From: a virus
Lineage: Duplodnaviria > Caudoviricetes
Virus record (IMG/VR): IMGVR_UViG_3300047561_001131
Location: 1 to 34,495 of that record
Strand: one strand, 5' to 3'
Length of the DNA stretch: 34,495 nt
Shown: positions 1 through 9,671 of the stretch, piece after piece
How the letters are laid out: each line of letters starts with the position of its first letter
Numbering within the stretch: position 1 is the stretch's first letter
Translations under genes and position numbers: made by a program
Notes under the pieces: generated by a model
What the model was told of the DNA's origin: nothing
Seen by the model: only the letters and a program-made list of their open reading frames with translations
The model's database searches: none

Positions 1-420
1 GTCCGTTGGCTAACGATCAAGATGCTGAAAAGTTTCAAGGACAAAACCTAAGCCATGCAGCCATAGAAGAGGCAGGTAACTACTCTGACCCATCCTGTAT
101 ATGGAAGCTGTTTGGAGCGTTGCGAGGTAAGGGCGGTGGCCAGGTTATACTTACCTTTAACCCAGGCGGCGTAGGTCACGGATGGCTTAAAGAGCTGTTT
201 ATTAAGCCAGCGCCAAAAGGGATGAAAATCCTACAAAAACAGTTACCCAACGGAAGCAGTTTTGACTACATTTATATTCCAAGTAGGGTACACGATAACC
301 AGATTCTGCTCGCTCGTGACCCTGAGTATATCAACCGATTGCACATGGTAGGCTCGCCAGAGCTTGTTCGTGCATGGCTTGAAGGAGACTTTGAAATCCA
401 TGAAGGCAGCTATTTTCCTG
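1..420. repeat. Terminal direct repeat, left copy (circular assembly overlap)
   Basis: Matches 34076-34495 except at positions 119, 170, 182, 257, 260, 320 and 392. Confidence 0.97.
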
Positions 421-1094
421 AGTTCTCTTCTAAACATATCATTAGTCCTTTCAATATCCCTAAACACTGGCCCCGATATATGGGGTACGATTGGGGTTAC
501 CGCTCTCCTTTTGCTGCTATCTGGGGCGCTGTCAGCTCAGGTCGTGATGATGCTGGAAACGAAGTTCCGTACCAAAAAGGAGCAATCGTCATATACCGAG
601 AGATGTGGGGAAAAGGAGTTGATAACATTGATCAGGCAAATCGAATTGGAGCAATTTCTGTCGGAGAAAATCCATTAGCTTTTGCCGACCCCAGCATATT
701 CAACCACGAGGGCGGTCCAAGCATCGCAGACCAGTTTACCCAGGTATTTGCCAAGTATAAGTTCCCTTCGTTTAGAGCGGCTGATAACGAGCGCATATCT
801 GGCTGGTCGCAGATCCGGCAACGGCTGGTGTCTAACCCTCCGCTCCTCTACATATTTGCCAGTTGCCCATATTTGCTGGAAACACTACCATCTCTGTCAA
901 TAGACAAACGTAACCCTGAAGATGCTGATTCGACTGGGAATGACCACGCCTGCGACGCCTTACGCTACCTTTGCAAAGGCCGCCTCGTAGACGCTAAATG
1001 GGAGCAACCAGCGGAAGTCTTTAACAAGGGTAAGATTAAGCTACAGGCGTATATCGCTCAAATGCGGTCACAACAGAAACGAGCTAAGATATGA
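1..1094 (+). CDS. terL: Terminase large subunit, C-terminal part (gene starts at 33754 across the join; about 471 aa)
   Basis: Walker B-like AAIEEA, LTFNPGG coupling motif, RNase H-like nuclease motifs GYDWG and NDHACDALRY. Confidence 0.95.
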   Translation, partial: PLANDQDAEKFQGQNLSHAAIEEAGNYSDPSCIWKLFGALRGKGGGQVILTFNPGGVGHGWLKELFIKPAPKGMKILQKQLPNGSSFDYIYIPSRVHDNQILLARDPEYINRLHMVGSPELVRAWLEGDFEIHEGSYFPEFSSKHIISPFNIPKHWPRYMGYDWGYRSPFAAIWGAVSSGRDDAGNEVPYQKGAIVIYREMWGKGVDNIDQANRIGAISVGENPLAFADPSIFNHEGGPSIADQFTQVFAKYKFPSFRAADNERISGWSQIRQRLVSNPPLLYIFASCPYLLETLPSLSIDKRNPEDADSTGNDHACDALRYLCKGRLVDAKWEQPAEVFNKGKIKLQAYIAQMRSQQKRAKI

Positions 1095-3604
1095 GTGTAA
1101 AGATTAAGCCTCTCGTCCAAAAGTACAGTCCTCGCTGGTGGAAGGCTCAAATCACTCAATCCGAATCTCGTCGTCGTAAATTCATTGAAACCTCAGAAGA
1201 GTCGATTCGTGTTTATAACGCTCAAAAACAAGTAGGAATCCTCAACGATGCCGAGCGACGACTTAATGTTTGGTGGTATTGTATCAATACTTTGCTTCCT
1301 GCTTATTACTCTTCTACCCCGAGAGCGGAAGTAAACCTTCGTAAGCGAACAGGTGGCTTACCATACGAGCTTGGCAGTGTAATCCTTGAACGAAACACAC
1401 AGTTTGTCATGGATACGCATTTTGACTTCGATAAGGTTGGTTATAACGCAGCATTACAGTTTTTGCTTACTGGTCAAAGCGTTCTGTGGGCGAGATACGC
1501 TGCCAAGTTTGAAACCGTTATGGAGGAAATGGCGGTAATCAAAGACCCGTCAGGTCAGATTATTGACGGTAGCGGTCGGCCATATACAGGCGATACTGAC
1601 ATCCTTGAAGAAGGCGAAGGCAATATCCTTATGGCCTCAATGGAGGTTGAGCGTAAGGTTCGTGAAAAAGCGTTGCTCGACGTTATCCAATACAACGATT
1701 ACAACTGCTCCGATGCTCGTACAGAGGATGAAATCGAATGGCAGTCTCGCCGTGCGTTCCTTGACCGTGACCAGGCAGAACAGCTTTTTGGCCGTGATGT
1801 AGCTGACGACCTTATTTATGACTCGTTTCCTGAAGTCATGAAGAAAGACTTGGCTCGTAAAGAGGACAAGTTTGAGGGTAAGGCCGAGCTGCACGAGATT
1901 TGGTGTGAAGCTACCAACAAGGTGTACTGGCTTCAAAAGACAGGCGAAAAGGCTATCATTGAGTCGTCTGAGCCACCGACTAAATTTGAAAAGTTCTATC
2001 CTTGCTCGGTTATCCGTCAGTCAGCAGACCCAGATTCAGTAGTTCCTGTTTCTGACTATGCTCACGTTCGTGACCAGATTCTTGAGGTTGAGCGGCTTAC
2101 AACTCGTATTCATGCTGTAACTCAAGCTATCCGTACCAACTTCCTCTATGACGCCGCAATGGGACCAACCGTTGAGCAGTTGTTTGCTGGCGACCTGAAA
2201 GGTACTCCAATCATCAACTGGCCGTCCTATAAGGGTCGTGGTGGTTTGCAAGCTGGAGTAGAGTTCTATCCAGTCGAGCCATTCGTAAATGCTCTTAACG
2301 TGCTTCAGGGCGCTCGTGGAGCGGCATTACAGCAGCTTTACGAAACAATGAAAGTATCAGACCTGCTTCGTGGAACAAGCGAGCAGTACAAGTCTGCAAC
2401 CGCAAACCGATTGGAAAACCAGTGGTCATCCCTTGGTCTGGTTGTGCGTCAGAATATGTTCAGCAAGTTCATATCAGATGCTATTAGCAACCTTGGCACG
2501 ATTATTGCGGAACAGTTTGAGCCAGAAACAATCCTAGAGATTGGCGACGCTGACGCTCTTATTGAGCCAACAATCTACATCCCGCCACCTCCTCCAGCAC
2601 CTCCAATGCCAGAGATGGGGCCAGAGGGTCTGCCACCAGGTGATACAGGTATGATGCCGCCAATGGCACCACCTCCACCTCCTGCTCCAGATCCGTTGCA
2701 ACTTATCGACGATATGAAGCAACAGATCATCGGACTGCTTCGTGATAACAAGAAGCGCAGCTACCGGATTCAAATTGCTACTGACAGCATGATTGCTATC
2801 GACCAGCAGCAACAGCAGCAAGACGGCGCTATGCTCATTCAACAGGCAGGTCAGTTCTTCGACCAAATGAGAGGCTTAGTAGACCAGTATCCACCATTGC
2901 TGGACTTCAGTATCTCCCTGTTCCAAAACATGATTAAGCGCATGAAGGGAGGCAAGGAACTCGATGGTATTTTCACAAAAGCTATGCAGCAAGTTGGAGA
3001 AATTGCGAAAGCTAAGGAAGAAGCTGCTAAGCAACCGCCGCCGCCGGACCCTACAACGCTTGAGGTGCAAGGGCGTCTCCAAATAGCTCAGGTTGAGTCA
3101 CAAGCTAAGCTTCAAGTCATGCAGATGGAAATGCAGGATAAGGCGACTAAGAACCAGCTCGCTTATCAAGACCAACAGCTCAAGATGCAGCGTGACCAGC
3201 TTTCAGCACAGCTCGACATACAGAAGCAGCAAACTGACGAGTACTACAAGCAACAAGAGCTTGGCTTGCAACAGCAAGAGATACAAGTCAAACAAAGCGC
3301 CGTTCAAGTTGATATGCTTAAAGTTCAAGCAATGTCAGCTAGTGACGCTAATAAGCAAGCTATACAGCAAGAAACTAACCGTATGGCTCAAATCCTTGAG
3401 ATTCAAAAACTGGAGCTTGACCAAATGCGTATGCGTTTGTCCGAGTCCGAGAAACTTATGGAAGAACGACGGTTGGCTTCAGAACAGCAAATCGAACGTG
3501 TGCGGTTGCAAATGGACGTTATCCAAAAAAAAAGAAAAGCGACTATAATCAATGATACTCAAGGTAATCCGATTGGAATAGACATCCAGGATATTATTGA
3601 ATGA
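1091..3604 (+). CDS. Portal protein with Pro-rich linkers and a long Gln-rich coiled-coil C-terminus
   Basis: 837 aa directly after terL (ATGA-type overlap with the stop region); SATA motif; P22-like barrel-type helical tail. Assigned by position and sequence character. Confidence 0.85.
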   Translation: MSVKIKPLVQKYSPRWWKAQITQSESRRRKFIETSEESIRVYNAQKQVGILNDAERRLNVWWYCINTLLPAYYSSTPRAEVNLRKRTGGLPYELGSVILERNTQFVMDTHFDFDKVGYNAALQFLLTGQSVLWARYAAKFETVMEEMAVIKDPSGQIIDGSGRPYTGDTDILEEGEGNILMASMEVERKVREKALLDVIQYNDYNCSDARTEDEIEWQSRRAFLDRDQAEQLFGRDVADDLIYDSFPEVMKKDLARKEDKFEGKAELHEIWCEATNKVYWLQKTGEKAIIESSEPPTKFEKFYPCSVIRQSADPDSVVPVSDYAHVRDQILEVERLTTRIHAVTQAIRTNFLYDAAMGPTVEQLFAGDLKGTPIINWPSYKGRGGLQAGVEFYPVEPFVNALNVLQGARGAALQQLYETMKVSDLLRGTSEQYKSATANRLENQWSSLGLVVRQNMFSKFISDAISNLGTIIAEQFEPETILEIGDADALIEPTIYIPPPPPAPPMPEMGPEGLPPGDTGMMPPMAPPPPPAPDPLQLIDDMKQQIIGLLRDNKKRSYRIQIATDSMIAIDQQQQQQDGAMLIQQAGQFFDQMRGLVDQYPPLLDFSISLFQNMIKRMKGGKELDGIFTKAMQQVGEIAKAKEEAAKQPPPPDPTTLEVQGRLQIAQVESQAKLQVMQMEMQDKATKNQLAYQDQQLKMQRDQLSAQLDIQKQQTDEYYKQQELGLQQQEIQVKQSAVQVDMLKVQAMSASDANKQAIQQETNRMAQILEIQKLELDQMRMRLSESEKLMEERRLASEQQIERVRLQMDVIQKKRKATIINDTQGNPIGIDIQDIIE

Positions 3605-3849
3605 GTACTGTAGTTTCGAATTCAGCAGCCGCAGTTAATCCTGATATTCCTGTCGCTACCGTTGTTCGTAGCGGTAGTGTGTATCAAGAAATTGTTGCTG
3701 GCATAGCAAACCAACCGCATGATGAGATTGTATTATCGTATACAGGAACAAACTTAACTGGCGTTGTGTATAAATTGGCTGGCGTGACTGTTGCGACTCT
3801 TACACTTGGCTATACAGGCTCAAATCTTACTAGCGTAGTGAGGAGTTAA
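3601..3849 (+). CDS. Small beta-rich virion-associated protein
   Basis: 82 aa coupled to portal; internal repeat SYTGTNLTGV / GYTGSNLTSV. Confidence 0.6.
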   Translation: MSTVVSNSAAAVNPDIPVATVVRSGSVYQEIVAGIANQPHDEIVLSYTGTNLTGVVYKLAGVTVATLTLGYTGSNLTSVVRS

Positions 3850-5354
3850 TGCCTTACGTTTTTAATCCGTTTACAGGAACTTTAGACTATACCGAGTCGT
3901 CGGTAACGGATGGAGATAAAGGTGATATCACTGTTAGCAGTTCCGGTGCTACATGGACCATTGATAATGACGCTGTAACCTACGCAAAGATTCAAAATGT
4001 CAGTGCTACTAATAAGGTTCTTGGTCGTTCAACTGCTGGCGCTGGAGATGTAGAAGAAATTACTTGTACTGCCGCAGGAAGAGCTTTAATCGATGATGCT
4101 GACGCCGCAGCGCAACGAACTACTCTTGGCCTTGGAACTCTCGCCACTCAAAGTGGCACGTTCTCTGGAACTTCTAGCGGAACGAACACAGGCGACCAGA
4201 ACATTTTCTCAACGATTGCCGTTGCAGGTCAAAGCAATGTAATTGCTGATACAACAGCCGATACTTTAACGCTGGTAGCTGGTACGAACATTGGCATAAC
4301 AACAAATGCTACGACTGATACCGTTACAATTTCATCAACAGTGATTAATGGCGTCAACCAACAAGACTCAGTGCCGTTCTTTACTGACACAAACACATTA
4401 ACGTCCAGCACGGGGTTTTATTATAATGGATATGATCTTCATGTAGCAGATGCAGTTTTTAATTGTTTTATTAGTGTTAACGGCATCTATTATACTAATG
4501 ATGTAGGGACATATTTTGCTGTTACATCTAGTGCTGTGTATATAGGCGACGGATATCCGAATCCTATAAACCTAATAGTAAGCAGCTATTTTAGCGGATT
4601 TCCGGATGCGCTAACTGTGCTGGCAAACTTCTCTCGTGTAGGCATTAGAAACAGCAATCCCAACCAACCTTTAGACGTTGTTGGCACTGTTAGGATTGGT
4701 TTTGATACTACAAATCATCTTGAGATATCTTCCTCTTCGACTGGATTAATTACGTACAATGCTACTGGAACCGGCTCGGCTCATTATTTTGCCGACGCAA
4801 TTCGAGCAACCAACCACATAAATTTTGACGCTACTATCGGCGATAGCGGCTATGGATTTCGCTCTAGCTCTGGAGTGATGCAATTTAAAAACAGTGGTGG
4901 CAGTTGGCAGTCTATTGAAAAGGGTTCTGAAGCTCTTACAGCTAATTTTACAACATCAAACACAACAGCTACCAACACAAATTTAAGTTTTTCTATAGCG
5001 GCTAACGAAAAGTATAAAGTCACAGTAACGGGTACGGCATCAAAAGCGATTAGCGCAACTGGCTTGAAACTTGCGATTGCGGCTCCGACTGGATGCACGA
5101 TAAAAGGCGTTCAATACGGCGGTGGCGCAACATTAGCAGCGTCATTAGTTCCCTCCTTGATTACTGCGATTAATACGCTCGGCACTACATTCGCTACAGG
5201 AATTGGTATAGAGGTGCCTTTTGTGCTTGAGTTTGTAGTTACAAACAGCTCAACCGCTGGCAGCATTACTTTGCAAGCCGCAACTGTAACCTCTAATACT
5301 CTTACAATTTACGCAGGAACCTGCATGCAATATGAACCGTATACAGGAGTATAA
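3849..5354 (+). CDS. Fibre-like structural protein (head or tail fibre)
   Basis: T/S/G/A-rich; typical phage fibre segments FNPFTGTLD, DGDKGDITVS, VTYAKIQNVSAT, AAAQRTTLGLG, RVGIRNSNPNQPLDVVG. Confidence 0.75.
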   Translation: MPYVFNPFTGTLDYTESSVTDGDKGDITVSSSGATWTIDNDAVTYAKIQNVSATNKVLGRSTAGAGDVEEITCTAAGRALIDDADAAAQRTTLGLGTLATQSGTFSGTSSGTNTGDQNIFSTIAVAGQSNVIADTTADTLTLVAGTNIGITTNATTDTVTISSTVINGVNQQDSVPFFTDTNTLTSSTGFYYNGYDLHVADAVFNCFISVNGIYYTNDVGTYFAVTSSAVYIGDGYPNPINLIVSSYFSGFPDALTVLANFSRVGIRNSNPNQPLDVVGTVRIGFDTTNHLEISSSSTGLITYNATGTGSAHYFADAIRATNHINFDATIGDSGYGFRSSSGVMQFKNSGGSWQSIEKGSEALTANFTTSNTTATNTNLSFSIAANEKYKVTVTGTASKAISATGLKLAIAAPTGCTIKGVQYGGGATLAASLVPSLITAINTLGTTFATGIGIEVPFVLEFVVTNSSTAGSITLQAATVTSNTLTIYAGTCMQYEPYTGV

Positions 5355-5513
5355 ATGGAAAAAAAGCTAATACTGGAAGCAGAAATAGGAAGATTGTTTC
5401 TTGAGTTGGAAAAAACTAAGGCAACACAGCAACAATTAACTCAGAAAATTAACGCAATTTTGACACAACTTGAAAAGCTGAAGGATTCGTCAAATGGCAC
5501 GGAAAATAATTAA
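5355..5513 (+). CDS. 52-aa coiled-coil protein (possible fibre chaperone); not in the ORF track
   Basis: MEKKLILEAEIGRLFLELEK...; AGGAG upstream; fills the gap between neighbouring genes. Confidence 0.65.
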   Translation: MEKKLILEAEIGRLFLELEKTKATQQQLTQKINAILTQLEKLKDSSNGTENN

Positions 5514-5823
5514 CATTAGATATGAGGGCGAGGAGGCCGATATTGCGGCAGCAATTGATGCCTTGGCTTACTTTGGTCAATATGATCCAACTGGAACTGC
5601 AACAAAGGAAGAGGTAGCGCAAGAATACCTAACTGCGTTTATCCGTTCTCGTGTAAAAACGTTTGTTCCAATGATTGCAACTCAAGCAGATCGTAATGCT
5701 CTTCAAGATAAAGAGATTGCGGCAGCGGCGGCAGCACAGGCGGCATTAGACAACATTGTGAAACTCCCGATCGAAATAACAGACGCAGCCACTACTGCGG
5801 AGATAGTAGATGGGTCAGTTTAA
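5494..5823 (+). CDS. Hypothetical protein
   Basis: 109-aa ORF with AAGGA upstream, in operon. Confidence 0.65.
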   Translation: MARKIINIRYEGEEADIAAAIDALAYFGQYDPTGTATKEEVAQEYLTAFIRSRVKTFVPMIATQADRNALQDKEIAAAAAAQAALDNIVKLPIEITDAATTAEIVDGSV

Positions 5824-6325
5824 TCAGCCACGAGCGCAATTACCCACTTTACCTGACCGTCCTATTACGTTCGCCAGTTATGCGGAGTATGCGACGGGAA
5901 TGTTGTTGGAGCGTTACATTGGCGATTATGAATTGAAAATGGGACACACGTTCCAAGTTCCTATCGGTCACAACAAGCACTGCGATTTTTTAGTTAATGG
6001 CGTTTTTGTGGAGTTTCATCCTATCAACCTTCGTCACGAATTCTCGGACCGACAAGCGGCGAGGCAGTTTGGCGAAGCTATGCGGCACGTCGCTCATCCG
6101 TTTCGAGAACGAATAGTAAATGCTGTTAAGAATGAGCTTGCGGAAAAATACTATGAACGACGTAAGTTTTTAGTGTCGATGCACGGAGGTAAAGATTCAG
6201 AACTAATCGTTTGTCAGGATCATATTGATCTATACCAGTCAGTTATTAAACGGTTTGGGGTTGGGTATCCAAAGCAAGCAAATTTTATAAATGAGTTTAA
6301 TGCTTTAGCTCGGCAAAGGTTTTAA
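5810..6325 (+). CDS. PD-(D/E)xK-like nuclease-fold protein
   Basis: Motif HCDFLVNGVFVEFHP resembles a Vsr-like / PD-(D/E)xK core. Confidence 0.55.
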   Translation: MGQFNQPRAQLPTLPDRPITFASYAEYATGMLLERYIGDYELKMGHTFQVPIGHNKHCDFLVNGVFVEFHPINLRHEFSDRQAARQFGEAMRHVAHPFRERIVNAVKNELAEKYYERRKFLVSMHGGKDSELIVCQDHIDLYQSVIKRFGVGYPKQANFINEFNALARQRF

Positions 6326-6328
6326 CGT

Positions 6329-6805
6329 ATGTTTCTTATTTTTAAACCACCTCAGAGTTATTTGCAGGTACAACTGCTAGATCCTGATGGGTTTAAGAAG
6401 AGCTTCGATGAGCTATACGAAGAACAGTATGCAGCCGCTATTCTTAAAGCTCGGCAAAAGCGCAATAAAAAGCGAAAGAAAGAACCAGAACTAAAGAAAA
6501 GCATTAAGCAGCGACTTGAGGCAGGTCAACAACTCGAAAGCGTTATTGCTGACATTGCACTGGAAGAATCGCTTCGGCAATCGCAACAAAAGCTGTTCGA
6601 TGACCTTAACGTTCAAATTGTAGCTACCGACCATGCACCACAGTTAATGACGGCGTATGCGGAGCAGGTTCGTTCCGATATTGCTGAAATGGTTGCAGCA
6701 ATTCAAAAAACCATTCAAGATGAAATAGCGACAATAAAACGTAAACAAAAAGAAAAACGTATAAAAATACTGCTGTTGTTTGCTACGATGGAAGAAGATG
6801 AGTAA
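6329..6805 (+). CDS. Hypothetical helical protein
   Basis: 158-aa ORF in operon. Confidence 0.6.
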   Translation: MFLIFKPPQSYLQVQLLDPDGFKKSFDELYEEQYAAAILKARQKRNKKRKKEPELKKSIKQRLEAGQQLESVIADIALEESLRQSQQKLFDDLNVQIVATDHAPQLMTAYAEQVRSDIAEMVAAIQKTIQDEIATIKRKQKEKRIKILLLFATMEEDE

Positions 6806-7124
6806 CAAATATAAATTGTTCCAATACTGCCACGTTCAAAAGAAGGTTGTTCCAATCGAGCAAGTTGAAAGGCGAGCGCAGTCTAATGCTCGTGATTTGT
6901 TCATCCAAGACGAGATGGAACCAACTAGAAACCCACTAAACCCAAAAGAGATTTACACAAGTAAGAGCAAACTGCGAGCAGCATACAAAGCTGCTGGCGC
7001 TGTAGAAGTTGGAGACGCTTACGATAAAGGCTACCAGAGCGACCGTGAAAACGGGTCACGGGAGCGAGAACTCGTAAGCAAACTTAAAGAGACTATGGTC
7101 GATAGGTATAGAAATGGAAGATAA
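6798..7124 (+). CDS. Conserved head-module protein preceding the scaffold
   Basis: FIQDEMEP...YTSKSKLRAAYKAAGAVEVG resembles a motif seen at this position in podovirus-like phages; ATG at 6798 preferred. Confidence 0.6.
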   Translation: MSNKYKLFQYCHVQKKVVPIEQVERRAQSNARDLFIQDEMEPTRNPLNPKEIYTSKSKLRAAYKAAGAVEVGDAYDKGYQSDRENGSRERELVSKLKETMVDRYRNGR

Positions 7125-8136
7125 TACGCCTGATGTTGAGTCAACAGAGGTAGTTGTAGACCGAGAGCCAGCAGAGCTTTCAATACGTCAAAGCCTCAGT
7201 AAGCAGTTTAAAAACCTGAAAGAAGAAGAGCGTGTAGAGGAACCCACAAACGAACGCTCCAATGAATCCGCTGTAGTTGAGCAGAGTGCTCCGCAGGTTC
7301 AGGAGCGTATCGCCTTGGCTCCTCCGGCTGACATGAATGCTGCCGAAAAGGACGCCTTTCTTAATCCAAACACTGACAACGCTCATATACTACAGTCCTA
7401 TCTCAATCGTAGAGCTTACGAAACACGGACGCAGTATGACCGAAAGATGCAGGAAGTTAATCAACTTCGTGAGCAGAACTCCCGTGTTTACGACGTAATT
7501 AAAGAATACGAAAACGATTATGCCAAGGATGGAATAAGCGTTGCTGACGTTACTCGTCGGTCGGTTGCTTGGGATAGAGCCATGCAAGCTAACCCAGTGC
7601 AGACGGCTATTGAATGGCTTGAGGCTTACGGCCTTAACCCTAACGACCTTGTAGGGCAGCAGGAGGCGTATCAACAGCCAACCGAATACCTGACAAGGCA
7701 GGACGCAGAAAGAATCGCTGAGGAGCGTTATAAGAGCATACAGCAGGAACAGGAAAAAAAGGCAGTTGAGTACATGAATCAACGTGCTGTAGAATCCTTT
7801 ACAAGCCGTAAGCCTTTGTTCCGTGACCCTGAAACCGCTTCGCAATTAGAAGCAGAGATGGCCCCCGTGGTACAGGCTTTAGCAACTACAGGACGGTATA
7901 GCTCGACTGACGAGATCCTAGAAACCGCCTATAATTACGTTGTAAACGGCAATCCGACGTTTGCGTCTATAGCTCAAAAACTACAGACAACGCCGGTAAT
8001 ACAGCAGCAGCAAGTAGCCACACAAAAGGCAAAAGCAGCTTCTAAATCTATATCTGGCTCCGCAGGAAGTGGAACTCCCAGGATCGTAACGAAAGATATT
8101 CGGGACAACCTGCGGCGTCGCCTTTCTGGAGATTAG
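7114..8136 (+). CDS. Capsid scaffolding protein
   Basis: Acidic, helical, immediately before the capsid gene; C-terminal KAKAASKSISGS...IRDNLRR pattern. Confidence 0.75.
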   Translation: MEDNTPDVESTEVVVDREPAELSIRQSLSKQFKNLKEEERVEEPTNERSNESAVVEQSAPQVQERIALAPPADMNAAEKDAFLNPNTDNAHILQSYLNRRAYETRTQYDRKMQEVNQLREQNSRVYDVIKEYENDYAKDGISVADVTRRSVAWDRAMQANPVQTAIEWLEAYGLNPNDLVGQQEAYQQPTEYLTRQDAERIAEERYKSIQQEQEKKAVEYMNQRAVESFTSRKPLFRDPETASQLEAEMAPVVQALATTGRYSSTDEILETAYNYVVNGNPTFASIAQKLQTTPVIQQQQVATQKAKAASKSISGSAGSGTPRIVTKDIRDNLRRRLSGD

Positions 8137-8142
8137 CCAATA

Positions 8143-8174
8143 GTGGTTGTCCCTTAACTTAAAGGGATAACTAC
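8143..8174 (+). promoter_or_regulatory. 13-bp hairpin sequestering the major capsid RBS
   Basis: GTGGTTGTCCCTT (8143-8155) pairs with AAGGGATAACTAC (8162-8174), with two G-U pairs. Confidence 0.65.
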
Positions 8175-8175
8175 A

Positions 8176-9132
8176 ATGCCTAATTTAGAAGAAGCAATAG
8201 TAACTACCCTGTTTGATCAATCGGACGCCATTGCGGATGAGGTTCTTCACCACAACCCGCTTTTGGCTTCTCTTGATGAGCAGGGTCTTATTCGTAAATT
8301 TTCCGGTGGATATGAACTCCGTAAGCCAATCATGTACAATGATGCAGCTGTAGGTGGATTCTACTCTGGATTTGACGCATTTGATCTTTCAGCAATCGAC
8401 GATGCAACCGCTTTCCGTTTTGCAATTAAGCAGGTTTATGAGCCTGTAGCTATTGCTGGACGTGAGCGTCGTGCTAACCGTGATGAGGCTCAACTCCTTG
8501 ACCTTGCTGAGATGAAGATGAAGGCTGCAATCAGCCGTCTGAAAAACACCGTATCTACCTCGCTTCGTGGCGACGGAACAGGTTCTGGTGGACTTGAGTT
8601 CGACGGTATTAAGAAAGCAGTTTCGACATCTCCATCGTCTGGTACCTACGGAGCTATTGACCGTAGTGCTAACGTTTGGGCTCGTAACCTTGCAGTAAAC
8701 GTAACCCTTTCAGCTTCCAACGTTCAGGAGCAAATCACTGACGCTATCTCGCAGGTAACACGAGGTGACGAGCAGCCTGACCTTGGACTCATGGATCGTA
8801 CCGCTTGGAAGTACCTCCACAGCTCATTGACCGCAATTCAGCGTATTCAGCTTCCTGCAAAGAAGGCTGTAGCTGGATTCCGGGTTCTTAGCTACGACGG
8901 ATGCGATTTCGTATTCGACGGTGGATTTGGTTCCGCAGTGCTTGAGACTAACTCATGCCGACTTCTCAGTACTAAGTATTGGACATTCGACATGGTTCGT
9001 GGCGCAGACTTCAAACCGCTCGCTCCAGAAATGGCTCGTCCGGTTGACCAGGATGCTTTCTTCACGGTTATCATCGTTGAAGGAAACCTCTGCTGCTCTG
9101 CTCCTGCACTTCAGGCTGTAATTTACGCTTAA
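8176..9132 (+). CDS. Major capsid protein
   Basis: 318 aa; IVTTL...IAD.V..HNPLL, GDGTGSGG.EFDGI, GTYGAIDRS..WARN, P.DQDA...GNL are characteristic of an HK97-fold capsid family. Confidence 0.9.
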   Translation: MPNLEEAIVTTLFDQSDAIADEVLHHNPLLASLDEQGLIRKFSGGYELRKPIMYNDAAVGGFYSGFDAFDLSAIDDATAFRFAIKQVYEPVAIAGRERRANRDEAQLLDLAEMKMKAAISRLKNTVSTSLRGDGTGSGGLEFDGIKKAVSTSPSSGTYGAIDRSANVWARNLAVNVTLSASNVQEQITDAISQVTRGDEQPDLGLMDRTAWKYLHSSLTAIQRIQLPAKKAVAGFRVLSYDGCDFVFDGGFGSAVLETNSCRLLSTKYWTFDMVRGADFKPLAPEMARPVDQDAFFTVIIVEGNLCCSAPALQAVIYA

Positions 9133-9149
9133 TAAGGGAGGAATAGAGT

Positions 9150-9629
9150 ATGTCACGTTCAGGATCTTTTGGTGTTAATTACAAAAAGTCATACGGAACA
9201 GATCCAGCGATTATGCCAGCACGACTTGGCGATCTTGGAACTAATCCAGAGGGCGAATGGATGTTTGTAAAAGCATCTGCCGCCGTAGCTCAGTATGCGT
9301 TTGTGCTTATTTCAGACACGTTCACCGTGGCTGAGACAAGCGGAGCATCGAGCATCGTTCAGCACGTTGGAGTTGCTCAGGCAGCTCTTGCGATAAACGA
9401 GTATGGATGGGTATGGATCGGCGGAGCTGCTGGTGGTGGAGTTGGTAAGGGAATCAAAGGAAAGATTGCAGCATCGTATGTTGCAAATACTCCTCTCCTT
9501 ACAACTGCTACTTCTGGCGTAGCTGACGATGCTGGTTCGACTACAATCAAAAACGTATCTGCTACTACCCTTACAACGGGTGCTGCAAGCGTAGAATTGA
9601 AGTCAACTGGCTACCTCACGCTTAACTAA
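9150..9629 (+). CDS. Capsid decoration / cement protein
   Basis: Follows the capsid gene; GEWMFVKA, VGVA..A....EYGWV motifs; good RBS (GGGAGG). Confidence 0.65.
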   Translation: MSRSGSFGVNYKKSYGTDPAIMPARLGDLGTNPEGEWMFVKASAAVAQYAFVLISDTFTVAETSGASSIVQHVGVAQAALAINEYGWVWIGGAAGGGVGKGIKGKIAASYVANTPLLTTATSGVADDAGSTTIKNVSATTLTTGAASVELKSTGYLTLN

Positions 9630-9634
9630 TTCAT

Positions 9635-9660
9635 AGGGGGGTGTAACAACCCCCCTTTTT
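9635..9660 (+). terminator. Intrinsic terminator
   Basis: AGGGGGGT / ACCCCCCT stem followed by a T run. Confidence 0.8.
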
Positions 9661-9671
9661 AAGGATATACT

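Noticed and set aside
2580-2830. CCA/CCT and CAG repeats as a DNA repeat element
   Set aside because: Explained by Pro- and Gln-rich linkers in the portal.
3525-3548. Programmed frameshift at the A9 run near the portal end
   Set aside because: The zero frame gives a normal portal C-terminus, and the overlapping alternative ORF stops at 3548.
3849-5354. Diversity-generating retroelement target in a fibre gene
   Set aside because: No reverse transcriptase and no template/variable repeat pair seen.
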